Part shown: piece by piece, positions 18,281-26,690 of the stretch
Numbering within the stretch: position 1 is the stretch's first letter
Layout: the number at the start of each line of letters is the position of its first letter
Assembly (NCBI GenBank): GCA_902593475.1
Contig: CACJIM010000001.1
Location: 18,531 to 82,530, forward strand
Length of the DNA: 64,000 bases
Reading direction: 5' to 3'
Source: an uncultured Candidatus Actinomarina sp.
GTDB taxonomy: Bacteria > Actinomycetota > Acidimicrobiia > Actinomarinales > Actinomarinaceae
Program-made: the position numbers and the translations under genes
The notes under the pieces: model-generated
Told to the model about the DNA's origin: nothing
What the model saw: only the letters and a program-made list of their open reading frames with translations
The model's database searches: none

Positions 18281-19097
18281 CTAATAATTCCTTTAAATTA
18301 ACTGTAGAGTCTATTTTGACAATTTCGATTTCATCATTTAGCAATAGTAAAAATTTTATAAATCCATAGCTGTCATTTGTGGATACATTGCAGTGTAAAA
18401 ATTCATCTTTGATTTCTAATTGCGTTTGATTGTGTGCAAATATATTTTTATTTACTTCATATAAATCTTTCTTTAATTTTATTGTTGCTTCAATAGAGTA
18501 TTTCTCATCGTCCCATGAAAAAGGAAAATTTTTATTTTCTATTTGAAATAAATCAGCTTTATTACCAATTTTTAAATTATGTATTTGATCTAAATTGAAC
18601 GTCTTAAGTGATCCATTTTCTTCTCCGGCTAAATACCATTTATTATCAAAATATTTTAATCCTTGAGGTTTTACTTTTCGATATTTATCAAGGTAATCAA
18701 ACCCAACTCTTCTTTTTTCATTAATTGATTGGAGGATTTTTGATATTATTTCACTTTTATCATTGTCATAATTACTATTTGATAAATATTTTTTGAGATA
18801 TAAATAAGTGTTAATTAATTTTTCACTACTAATCTTGTCGGACTTAATAATTGATTCATAAATTGAGTAACCTGATAATGAGTAACCCTTGTCATAGGAC
18901 CATTTATCATTCTCATACTGAATCAAATAACCAAAGGAGCGTAATAAATTTTTGTCTCTTTCAAATGACCTTCTAAATGCTTGTTGATTTAAATCTCTAT
19001 AATCAGATATGCTATCTTTAATATTTTCCGTGGTGAGGTTTTCATTGTCACTTAATAAATTTAATAATTCAATTGCTCTTCTTAATACATTTTTCAT
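18264..19097 (-). CDS. pafB: HTH plus WYL-domain transcriptional regulator, PafB-like.
   Basis: N-terminus RRAIELLNLLSDN...FERDKNLLRSFGY (DeoR-like HTH of PafB/C proteins). A literal WYL motif occurs in YFDNKWYLAGEE. Confidence 0.6.
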   Translation of the reverse strand: MKNVLRRAIELLNLLSDNENLTTENIKDSISDYRDLNQQAFRRSFERDKNLLRSFGYLIQYENDKWSYDKGYSLSGYSIYESIIKSDKISSEKLINTYLYLKKYLSNSNYDNDKSEIISKILQSINEKRRVGFDYLDKYRKVKPQGLKYFDNKWYLAGEENGSLKTFNLDQIHNLKIGNKADLFQIENKNFPFSWDDEKYSIEATIKLKKDLYEVNKNIFAHNQTQLEIKDEFLHCNVSTNDSYGFIKFLLLLNDEIEIVKIDSTVNLKELLDVKKN

Positions 19098-19181
19098 AAA
19101 TTAAATCACTTTTAAAACTTTGAAAACATAGTTTAATTTTACAAATTTAAATAAATAAAATTATTGTTAAAAATTTATATA

Positions 19182-19201
19182 TGTCTGGTGTATTGTAATA
19201 T
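19182..19201 (+). promoter_or_regulatory. Candidate promoter for the ferredoxin gene: TGTCTGGTG element plus a TAATAT -10-like hexamer 7 nt before the ATG.
   Basis: tgtctggtg (19182-19190) is the only GC-containing block in the 111-bp AT-rich divergent spacer. taatat lies at 19196-19201 and the ATG at 19209, with no SD. Confidence 0.3.
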
Positions 19202-19208
19202 ATACATT

Positions 19209-19454
19209 ATGAAAGTTTGGATTGATCAAGACTTATGCACAGGTGACGGATTGTGTGAGGAAATTGCCCCTGATGTTTTTGTTGGTTTAGATGATGGATT
19301 ATTTTATGTTAAAGAAGGAGATAAAATTTTCTCTGAAGAACACGGAAATATTGGCGGCGCAGAAGGTTTAGCTGTTGTTCCTAAAGGACAAGAAGAAGCT
19401 GTTGTTGAATCAGCTGAAGAATGTCCTGGGGAATGCATAATGATTGAGCCTTAA
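19209..19454 (+). CDS. Small single-cluster ferredoxin (3Fe-4S/4Fe-4S type).
   Basis: MKVWIDQDLCTGDGLCEEIAPDVF ... ECPGEC gives a CxxDxxC...CP cluster-binding pattern. The track start (TTG 19164) adds an implausible hydrophobic extension, so I prefer ATG 19209. Confidence 0.8.
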   Translation: MKVWIDQDLCTGDGLCEEIAPDVFVGLDDGLFYVKEGDKIFSEEHGNIGGAEGLAVVPKGQEEAVVESAEECPGECIMIEP

Positions 19455-20227
19455 TATTTTATATATTTAGCAGAAATTAAAAATCCAGTATGTGAAACTA
19501 GTTTGTTTGAAGGTCTTACAATCTTTTCATCAACTACCCAATCTCTAAGAATTACTTCTTTTATCTCAATATCTTGAAACTGCTGTTCCTTTAATGCATC
19601 ATTCATTCTCATCACTTGAGTCATAGAAGGTAAGTATGATACCCAGCAAACACTGTTTTTTATTTTGTTATTGGTGAAAAATTCCCATGGTTCAGGAATA
19701 TCAGTAATTATTGCATCTAGGTTCTCATTAAGTGTTTTGTACTCAAAATTAATTAATTCTTGATTAATAAATGTTATATCATTACTTTCATCAGATAGTG
19801 TAGAGATGTATCTAGAAATAGTTTTATCAGCTCTTCTTTGGTTGATTTTTGATGAATCTAAACTGTATAACACACCAGTATTTTTTAAAATGGTATATAA
19901 ATATAAAGTCAAAGCACCTGAGCCAGAACCAATTTCAAGAACCTTACTTGAATTATGAATATTTGACTCTAATACTATTTGAGCAACATCTTTAGGATAA
20001 ATAATTTGAGGACCTCTTTTCATTAAAAGAACAAATTCTTTATATGAAGGTTTATAAATTTTAAAATTAACTCCGGTAGATGTTTCAACTATTGATGGGA
20101 TATTTTTAATTTGAGAAAATTTAAATTTACCTTCATTGGTAGTAAATTCTTTATCTATATCAATTACTGCTAAAAATTTATTATTTTTTGGCGTTTTTAT
20201 AACTATAAGTTGATTGTCAATATTCAA
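19451..20227 (-). CDS. trmI: tRNA (adenine58-N1)-methyltransferase TrmI.
   Basis: SAM motif VLEIGSGSGALTLYL and the GCD14/TrmI-like N-terminal domain. TTG start. Confidence 0.75.
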   Translation of the reverse strand: MNIDNQLIVIKTPKNNKFLAVIDIDKEFTTNEGKFKFSQIKNIPSIVETSTGVNFKIYKPSYKEFVLLMKRGPQIIYPKDVAQIVLESNIHNSSKVLEIGSGSGALTLYLYTILKNTGVLYSLDSSKINQRRADKTISRYISTLSDESNDITFINQELINFEYKTLNENLDAIITDIPEPWEFFTNNKIKNSVCWVSYLPSMTQVMRMNDALKEQQFQDIEIKEVILRDWVVDEKIVRPSNKLVSHTGFLISAKYIKY

Positions 20228-20229
20228 AT

Positions 20230-20319
20230 CTATAAAAACGCAAGAAAAGAAGCAACTGTTGTTAATAACATGCCAACAGATACAACAATTACTATAATTT
20301 TTTGAAGTTTTTTATTCAT
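20230..20319 (-). CDS. Possible 29-aa single-TM micropeptide (not in the ORF track).
   Basis: My translation: MNKKLQKIIVIVVSVGMLLTTVASFLAFL. There is an ATGA overlap with the upstream ORF stop (20316-20319). It fills the gap to trmI exactly. Confidence 0.3.
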   Translation of the reverse strand: MNKKLQKIIVIVVSVGMLLTTVASFLAFL

Positions 20320-20471
20320 TTAAATTTTTTGAAAATTTTCTTTTTAGTACTATTAAATTTTTCATATAAACGGCCAATTATTAGACCTGCAAACAGATAT
20401 CCTATTAATTTACCTTTATCATCGTTTAATTGATTTTTAAGGTTTTTATAATCATTAGAAAAATCATTCAT
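20316..20471 (-). CDS. Small single-TM protein, about 51 aa, hypothetical.
   Basis: MNDFSNDYKNLKNQLNDDKGKLIGYLFAGLIIGRLYEKFNSTKKKIFKKFK. I prefer the internal ATG at 20471, which forms an ATGA overlap with the upstream stop (20468-20471). Confidence 0.4.
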   Translation of the reverse strand: MNDFSNDYKNLKNQLNDDKGKLIGYLFAGLIIGRLYEKFNSTKKKIFKKFK

Positions 20472-20752
20472 CTTAATATTCTCCAAGATATCAATGCAAA
20501 TATCAAGATACATAGTAACGCCATAGAAAAATAAATTAAAGCTTGAATGAAATATTGACCTGTAAATATTTGAGATAGGACAATTGCTAAACCAGTCAAT
20601 AATAGAAGTGAAGAAATAGCTAAATAATTTCCAGCTTTAAAATTTTTTTTTGCATCCTTTATTGATTTTTCAATAGGTTCTATGGTTTCAGACTCTAAAC
20701 GTTCAAGCAAACTGTCTAAAGCTTTTATTGCTGATGAAGAAAAGTTAAACAC
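20468..20752 (-). CDS. Two-TM small membrane protein, hypothetical.
   Basis: Amphipathic charged N-terminus followed by two hydrophobic helices. The architecture resembles actinobacterial holin-X/Phage_holin_3_6-type proteins, but I cannot verify this. Confidence 0.45.
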   Translation of the reverse strand: MFNFSSSAIKALDSLLERLESETIEPIEKSIKDAKKNFKAGNYLAISSLLLLTGLAIVLSQIFTGQYFIQALIYFSMALLCILIFALISWRILR

Positions 20753-21786
20753 TAAGTATCTTTTCTGTTTTTTAATATCGTACCAATAACACCTTGCACT
20801 GTTGCAGCTACAGGGAGTGCTAATATAGCACCTACTCCTCCTAAAGTGTAAGCTCCAAAAAGTGTAGAAAATACAGCTATCGCTGGGTGAATTTCCATTG
20901 TTGATTTAGTAACTCGTGGACTTATAAAGTAATTTTCAATAATCTGATATGCAAGCAGTACAACAACTGTAGCTATCATTGCATTAGTTCCTAGTGAAAT
21001 AGATGATATAAATGGAACTAAGCCACCCAAAAAAGTTCCAACAACTGGTATTAATTGTGACAGAATACCTGCAGCTACACCTAAAGCGATCGGTGATGGC
21101 AAGCCAATTAGTAAAAATGAAACAGATAAAACAATACTTGCTAAGACTCCTAAAATTACTTTTGCAACAATGAAACCACCAGCTTTTGATACTCCAATTC
21201 TCCATACTTGATCAATTGAAGATGATATGTTACTCGGTAATGATTCTTTTAACTTAACTCTCCAACCATCACCCTCACTAATTAAATAATAAGTAAAGAA
21301 GAAGATTATAAATATATGACCTAGAGTTCTTAATAATCCTTGTCCAGCAAAAACAACACTTGATCCAACAGTACTTCCATAATCTTTGATTAATGAATTA
21401 AACTGGTTTTCTAAATCAAGTGACTGACTAGAAACTGCAAAACCTTCAACGTTTAAATAATTAATAAAATTATCAAAATAAGTTGGCATTTGCGAAGACA
21501 AGAAATAAATTTCTTGAACCATTATTGGGATTATGGAAAATAACGTAGCACCAATAACTAAAAGTATTAATGAAACTGCTACCAATGCAGCACTTTGTCT
21601 ACTTATTTTTTTAGTTAGTCTATAAACAACTGGTTCAGCAAGCGCTGCTAAAACAACTGCCACAAACAAATCAAATATTAATGATTTAACTCGTAAGAAA
21701 ATTAATACGGAAAAAGCAATGATTAAAACATATAAAAATGCCCTATTTAATAGCTCCTGTCGAGTTTCACCTTTTGGAAGATTCAC
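20752..21786 (-). CDS. AI-2E family transporter (PerM/UPF0118).
   Basis: About 344 aa, multi-TM, with the central soluble insert and C-terminal conserved block (IENYFISPRV) typical of PF01594-type proteins. Confidence 0.75.
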   Translation of the reverse strand: MNLPKGETRQELLNRAFLYVLIIAFSVLIFLRVKSLIFDLFVAVVLAALAEPVVYRLTKKISRQSAALVAVSLILLVIGATLFSIIPIMVQEIYFLSSQMPTYFDNFINYLNVEGFAVSSQSLDLENQFNSLIKDYGSTVGSSVVFAGQGLLRTLGHIFIIFFFTYYLISEGDGWRVKLKESLPSNISSSIDQVWRIGVSKAGGFIVAKVILGVLASIVLSVSFLLIGLPSPIALGVAAGILSQLIPVVGTFLGGLVPFISSISLGTNAMIATVVVLLAYQIIENYFISPRVTKSTMEIHPAIAVFSTLFGAYTLGGVGAILALPVAATVQGVIGTILKNRKDT

Positions 21787-21788
21787 AA

Positions 21789-23351
21789 TTATTGGACCCT
21801 TGTTTTTGATTTATAGTTACTATTTTGAATTAAAATCAAAATAAAGAGAACGATTGCTCCTGAAGAAAAGTATATTTCGAAACTTGTTAGGTTTTCATCA
21901 ATTAAATTACGAGTAAATAAAGATAAAATAATAAATAATATTGATCCTCCAAGAATTCTTTTTTTATATTTAAGTCCACGAACTGTAATATTTAAAAGAA
22001 GTAACCCAATAAATATTCTCCCTATACCTTCAAAAGTATTACTTCTTAGAAAGTAAAATTCTCTTATCGTAAAAAATCCATCTTGACCAATACCACCTAA
22101 TGTTAAATGTATTACACCTAATAAAACTAAAAGTGCAGAAAACCAAGCTAAAGCAAAATTATTTATTGAAAACCTTGCTTTAATGGGTGACGGCCAAGGT
22201 TGTAATGGGTTTACTCTCTTTACTAAATTGGAAGAAAGTTTAAACATACTGCGTTCATAGTTTCCAAAAATAAAAGCTGCAATTAAAAGTATTAACGGTG
22301 CGTAGTAAGTTGTTAATCCTAATAGATAAATACTAAAAAATACAAATAAATGCCATAGATACATTGTGTAAATATTTGAATGAATGTGAGAAATTAGTAA
22401 CCATATCTTTTGATTGTTCAAAACCTTTTCAATAACATTTTTTAATGACAAAAATAGACAAATCAAACCAATAGAAGCAATGAGGTAAATGGTAGTTGGA
22501 GGATCTTCGTTGTTAAGTGAAGTAAGTCTATAACTTGCTAAAGATAAATAAGATTCAGAAACTGACATTTGGTAGAACAAATAACCGTAAGTAAAGAATG
22601 TTATATATCTGAAAACATTAATATTTACTTTTTGAATTTTTCCATCTGCAAAAAAATATCCAATTTGATGTATTGCTATCCAGAAAAATAAATAGTTAAA
22701 CAATTTTATATAAGAAAGATTTAATGCAAAATTTATATTGTCAATCAGAATTGTCAAAGTAATTAAAGACAACAGAGTTGCATATGGGTACTTTTTATGC
22801 AAATAAATTGTAAAAGGCGCAAATAGAACCATTACGAGATATATTGAAACTAACCACAGAGGCCATAAAATAAATTCAATTGACGACATAACTCCATCTT
22901 CAGATGTTGTTAAATAGTTAGGAAAATTTTCTGACCTACTTAAAAAATTTAACACTAATGTGCTTGAAAATATCCAAACAATCACCGGTCCTAAAAGTGT
23001 ATTAATTCTATCAACCAAATAATTCCACTGGCTTCCGTCCCTGCCTACATTTGAGTACCAAGCAATTAAATTATTAAAACCCATAGAAAAGAAAAACAGC
23101 GACATACCAGCAGTAAACCAAGTAACTATCATTAGAGATTGAGAGTTTACAGAAAGGTTTGATACAAACAGCTCTCCTCCAGAATTTTGTAATCTTAATA
23201 ATGTAAATGAATTTACCATTAAGAAAAGAATTCCAATTAATTTGGTAAAGTCAATGAAACGCTCCCTAGAAATTGACGTATTTGCAACTTCATAAAAAAC
23301 CGAACGCATACTTTTAAAATTTGGCAAAAATAAATTTACTATTTGTTTCAC
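21789..23351 (-). CDS. Polytopic membrane protein, probably acyltransferase-3 family.
   Basis: 520 aa with 12 or more hydrophobic segments. N-terminal RERFIDFTKLIGILFL and the later IYTMYLWHLFVF resemble Acyl_transf_3 signatures. Confidence 0.45.
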   Translation of the reverse strand: MKQIVNLFLPNFKSMRSVFYEVANTSISRERFIDFTKLIGILFLMVNSFTLLRLQNSGGELFVSNLSVNSQSLMIVTWFTAGMSLFFFSMGFNNLIAWYSNVGRDGSQWNYLVDRINTLLGPVIVWIFSSTLVLNFLSRSENFPNYLTTSEDGVMSSIEFILWPLWLVSIYLVMVLFAPFTIYLHKKYPYATLLSLITLTILIDNINFALNLSYIKLFNYLFFWIAIHQIGYFFADGKIQKVNINVFRYITFFTYGYLFYQMSVSESYLSLASYRLTSLNNEDPPTTIYLIASIGLICLFLSLKNVIEKVLNNQKIWLLISHIHSNIYTMYLWHLFVFFSIYLLGLTTYYAPLILLIAAFIFGNYERSMFKLSSNLVKRVNPLQPWPSPIKARFSINNFALAWFSALLVLLGVIHLTLGGIGQDGFFTIREFYFLRSNTFEGIGRIFIGLLLLNITVRGLKYKKRILGGSILFIILSLFTRNLIDENLTSFEIYFSSGAIVLFILILIQNSNYKSKTRVQ

Positions 23352-23400
23352 ATAAATATAATACCTACATCAAGAGTGTTTAAAACAATATAATTAGATA

Positions 23401-23844
23401 GTGGAAATAGTCTTATACCAACCTGAAATAGCTGGAAATGTCGGGGCAATAATTAGGCTCGCAGCAAACTCTGGTATTTCTTTAAACCTCATTAAACCAT
23501 TTGGTTTTGATCTTCAAGAAAATAAAATAAGGAGAGCTGGTTTGGATTATCATGATTTATCAAATACTAAAACTTATAACTCATGGGAAGAATTTATTGA
23601 AACAAACAAAACTAAAAGTATATGCTGTTTATCTTCAAAAGGTATAGATTCATACTGGGATACAAATCTAAATCAATATGATTTCTTATTGTTTGGACCT
23701 GAATCAATTGGATTACCAGATGAAATTATTTCAAGTTATAAAACAATTACTATACCTATGAAAGAAAACTCTCGAAGTATTAATCTTGCAAATTCAGTTG
23801 GTATAGTAGTTTTTGAATCATTAAGGCAAGCAAGTGTACAGTAA
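23401..23844 (+). CDS. trmL: tRNA (cytidine/uridine34-2'-O)-methyltransferase TrmL (SpoU/TrmH family).
   Basis: VLYQPEIAGNVGAIIRLAANSG, about 150 aa, and the C-terminal SINLANSVGIVVFE knot motif. Confidence 0.85.
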   Translation: MEIVLYQPEIAGNVGAIIRLAANSGISLNLIKPFGFDLQENKIRRAGLDYHDLSNTKTYNSWEEFIETNKTKSICCLSSKGIDSYWDTNLNQYDFLLFGPESIGLPDEIISSYKTITIPMKENSRSINLANSVGIVVFESLRQASVQ

Positions 23845-24202
23845 ATTATTCTTTGTATTTCTTGGGGGTGGTATTGGTTCAGTATTAAGATATGGTACAA
23901 ATTCTATCGTTAGTCTATATGTAATTGGCCAATTTGGTACTCTTCTTGTGAACGTGCTCGGTTCTTTTCTATTTGGAATCCTGGTTTCAATTGGAGGGCA
24001 AAGAAGTGACTATTTTAATTTATTTCTTTTAACTGGCTTACTTGGAGGATATACAACATTTTCACAATTTTCTTTTGATGTTGTAACACTACAAAACAAT
24101 GGAAATTTGTATTCAATAATTTATATACTGTCTTCAGTACTCCTTTCTATATCAATGGCGTTATTGGGTATATATATAGCAAATAGGTTTATAAATAGTT
24201 AA
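23834..24202 (+). CDS. crcB: Fluoride ion channel CrcB/FluC.
   Basis: GGGIGSVLRY and GGYTTFSQFS motifs with 4 TM. The GTG start overlaps the trmL stop. Confidence 0.85.
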   Translation: MYSKLFFVFLGGGIGSVLRYGTNSIVSLYVIGQFGTLLVNVLGSFLFGILVSIGGQRSDYFNLFLLTGLLGGYTTFSQFSFDVVTLQNNGNLYSIIYILSSVLLSISMALLGIYIANRFINS

Positions 24203-24211
24203 TATTTAACT

Positions 24212-24694
24212 ATGCCAACATTTGACATATCCTCTGAATACAACCAGCAAGAAGTTGTAAACGCAGTTGATCAAGCACATAGAGAAATATCAAATAGGTA
24301 CGATTTTAGAGACACTGGGACTTTTATTTCGTATAGTGAAAACACAATAACATTAAAGAGTAGTACGTCTGAAAGAATGGCAGCAGCAGAGCAGGTACTG
24401 AAAGAAAAGTTTGCTAAAAGAAATGTATCAGTTAAGTTTTTGGGGGAATTTAAAGATGAAACAACACCTTCAGAAGTAAAAAGGTTCTTTAATTTAAAAT
24501 CAGGAATTGATCAAGATTCATCAAAAAAAATCATTGCATTAATTAGAGAAAATAATAAAAAAATACAATGCTCATACCAAAATCAGCAAATAAGAGTTAC
24601 GGGTAAAAAAAGAGATGATTTGCAAGAAGTAATTCAACTTGTTAAAGAATCAAAAATTGAAATTCCTCTAAATTACGGTAATTTTAGAGATTAA
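24212..24694 (+). CDS. yajQ: YajQ-family nucleotide-binding protein (UPF0234).
   Basis: MPTFDISSEYNQQEVVNAVDQAHREISNRYDFRDT is a near-canonical YajQ N-terminus. 160 aa. Confidence 0.85.
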   Translation: MPTFDISSEYNQQEVVNAVDQAHREISNRYDFRDTGTFISYSENTITLKSSTSERMAAAEQVLKEKFAKRNVSVKFLGEFKDETTPSEVKRFFNLKSGIDQDSSKKIIALIRENNKKIQCSYQNQQIRVTGKKRDDLQEVIQLVKESKIEIPLNYGNFRD

Positions 24695-24902
24695 ATTTAA
24701 CTTTTATTTTTTTAAATATAAACCTAGAAAAGACAACACTAATTAATAAGAAAAGAACCGTAAAGTAGATTCCGTCTTCAAATTCTGTTGTAAAGAAATA
24801 TGAAAAAAATAATACAAAAAATCCGTAAAAAAATCTAAATATAGAAAAAATAATAAAGGATCTAAAAAGATTATTGTTTTTGATCTTTATTAATATTTTC
24901 AA
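24684..24902 (-). CDS. Small two-TM membrane protein, hypothetical.
   Basis: Hydrophobic 72-aa ORF, translationally coupled (4-nt overlap) to the upstream DCC-family gene. Confidence 0.4.
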   Translation of the reverse strand: MKILIKIKNNNLFRSFIIFSIFRFFYGFFVLFFSYFFTTEFEDGIYFTVLFLLISVVFSRFIFKKIKVKFNL

Positions 24903-25198
24903 ATTAAATGTCTGTTTTTAGCAAATATATTGTAAACAAAATCTCTTATACGTTTTGGAAATAACTTTAAAATATAAATTGATTTATAAAAACCGCCTAG
25001 AGATGCAACTGACATAATCACTGCATCAGAAAAATAATAGACCTTTTCTTCTTTTTTATACACTAAAGTATCAAGCATTATTTCCTTTTCTGATAGATTT
25101 TTTTGATCATTTAATTTCAAATTATTATTTTTTTTATTTATCCAATCTCCATATGCTGAGCATACTTTGCAGTCGTTATCTATAAATATTTCATTCAT
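24899..25198 (-). CDS. Thiol-disulfide oxidoreductase DCC family (DUF393-like).
   Basis: N-terminal DNDCKVCS (DxxCxxC) motif and a size of about 100 aa. Confidence 0.55.
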   Translation of the reverse strand: MNEIFIDNDCKVCSAYGDWINKKNNNLKLNDQKNLSEKEIMLDTLVYKKEEKVYYFSDAVIMSVASLGGFYKSIYILKLFPKRIRDFVYNIFAKNRHLI

Positions 25199-25562
25199 CA
25201 GAATTAAATTCCATACTTAAAGAATTAACACAATATCTTTCCCCGGTAGGCAATGGACCATCATTAAACACATGACCGAGATGAGAATTGCAAGATTTAC
25301 AATTAATTTCTGTACGAATCATCCCGTGAGAAAAGTCTTTTTTTCTTGTTACCTTATCAGCTATAGAGTCAAAAAAACTTGGCCATCCAGAATTAGAGTC
25401 ATATTTTGTTTCCGAATCAAATAATACATCTTTACATACAACACATATATATGTACCTTTTCTCTTTTCATTTAAAAGCTCGCCTGAAAAAGGTGGTTCT
25501 GTACCACAGTTTTGAGTTATTTCTATTTGATCTTTTGTAAGATGATTTTTTTCTATTGTCAT
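25191..25562 (-). CDS. msrB: Peptide-methionine (R)-S-oxide reductase.
   Basis: Two CxxC zinc motifs, GWPSF, and catalytic HLGHVFNDGP...RYCVNS. Confidence 0.92.
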   Translation of the reverse strand: MTIEKNHLTKDQIEITQNCGTEPPFSGELLNEKRKGTYICVVCKDVLFDSETKYDSNSGWPSFFDSIADKVTRKKDFSHGMIRTEINCKSCNSHLGHVFNDGPLPTGERYCVNSLSMEFNSDE

Positions 25563-25570
25563 GATTTTAT

Positions 25571-26470
25571 TTAAGCAGGAATTAAGTATAAGTGTGAAAA
25601 TCTAGAATCACTTGTTTTTACACTTTCTTCAATTTTTTTATTTAAATCTATAATTTCTAAATCTGTAAATGAATCGAGATAATCTACTTTTACAATTCCA
25701 AGATATTTATCTGTACCTATAGATACTATCTTGATGCTATTTATGTCTTTGACTCCTTCTTCCATCGATAATGCATTTTCAACAATTTTATAAGCATCTA
25801 TGTTTACGGTTTCACCTGTAATCAGATGTTTCATTTCGTAACCTAAAAATATACCTGAAACCATTAAAAGTATTCCAATCGAAATAGAGCTCATAGCATC
25901 ATAAATTGAATTATTTGTAAAGTAAGTTAATAAAGTACCAATAAGAGCAAAAATCAATCCTAATGTAGCAGCAAAATCTTCAACAACAATTGCGATTAAT
26001 GGGCCATCATTTGATTCTTTAAGTAATTTTAAAATTGGTTTTTTTTCTTTATTTCCTCTAAGTTTTTTGACAGCTTTAATTAATACATAAGTTTCTAATA
26101 CGATGGAGATTGAAAGAATTGATATTGATATATAAAGATTATCTAACTCCTTTGGATGACTTAGAGCTTCTATACCGTGTTCTAAAGAAACTAAGCCACC
26201 AACTGTAAATATCAATACCGCAACAACTAATGTCCAAAAGTACTCTTCTCGTCCTCTTCCAAGTGGATAAAGTTTAGGGTTACTTTTTTTTGTTTGTTTA
26301 ATACCAAACCACAGTAAAAATTGATTGAAAGAATCCACAAATGAATGTACTGCTTCTGAAAACATAGCGCTTGAGCTGGTTATAAATGCTACAAAAGACT
26401 TAATTAGGCCAATAAAAAAGTTTACAGAAAGAGCTAGAAAAACAGTTTTTGATGAGTCTTGTTTAGCCAT
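25571..26470 (-). CDS. Cation diffusion facilitator family transporter.
   Basis: Six TM with HSFVDSFNQ-type and D/H metal-site motifs, plus a C-terminal cytoplasmic domain. Confidence 0.8.
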   Translation of the reverse strand: MAKQDSSKTVFLALSVNFFIGLIKSFVAFITSSSAMFSEAVHSFVDSFNQFLLWFGIKQTKKSNPKLYPLGRGREEYFWTLVVAVLIFTVGGLVSLEHGIEALSHPKELDNLYISISILSISIVLETYVLIKAVKKLRGNKEKKPILKLLKESNDGPLIAIVVEDFAATLGLIFALIGTLLTYFTNNSIYDAMSSISIGILLMVSGIFLGYEMKHLITGETVNIDAYKIVENALSMEEGVKDINSIKIVSIGTDKYLGIVKVDYLDSFTDLEIIDLNKKIEESVKTSDSRFSHLYLIPA

Positions 26471-26690
26471 TTAACCAAGCTCTCAAGTCCTGATATCCAC
26501 CAATTCTTATATCATCAATAAAGACTTGGGGTACAGTTTTTACGTTGTCGCCAATATTTTTATAAAATTTAACTCTTTCAGCATCATTGGATAGATCGAA
26601 TTCTTCAAAATTAATTGAGTGAGCGTTTAATAAACCCTTAGCTCTATCGCACCAAATACATTGATCTTTAGTATAAATTTCTACTTTCAA
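26463..26690 (-). CDS. Glutaredoxin.
   Basis: [17 protein letters not shown] (CxxC) ... [18 protein letters not shown] is the classical Grx fold signature. Confidence 0.85.
   Translation of the reverse strand: MKVEIYTKDQCIWCDRAKGLLNAHSINFEEFDLSNDAERVKFYKNIGDNVKTVPQVFIDDIRIGGYQDLRAWLNG

Noticed and set aside
14683-19097. Two WYL-domain regulators next to an SF2 helicase, considered as a possible phage-defence module (WYL/BrxR-type regulators often flank defence islands).
   Set aside because: The arrangement WYL-WYL-tatA-tatC-helicase matches the conserved housekeeping pafB-pafC-tatA-tatC-helY synteny of actinobacteria. No nuclease, methylase or other defence-type gene is nearby.
19164-19208. 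TTG-initiated 15-codon N-terminal extension of the ferredoxin ORF (MLKIYICLVYCNIYI).
   Set aside because: The hydrophobic, Cys-containing extension is not part of any ferredoxin fold. The ATG at 19209 begins the conserved MKVWIDQDLC sequence.
23780-23844. Looked for a fluoride (crcB-motif) riboswitch upstream of crcB.
   Set aside because: The crcB start overlaps the end of trmL and there is no non-coding leader, so no riboswitch can be present at this locus.
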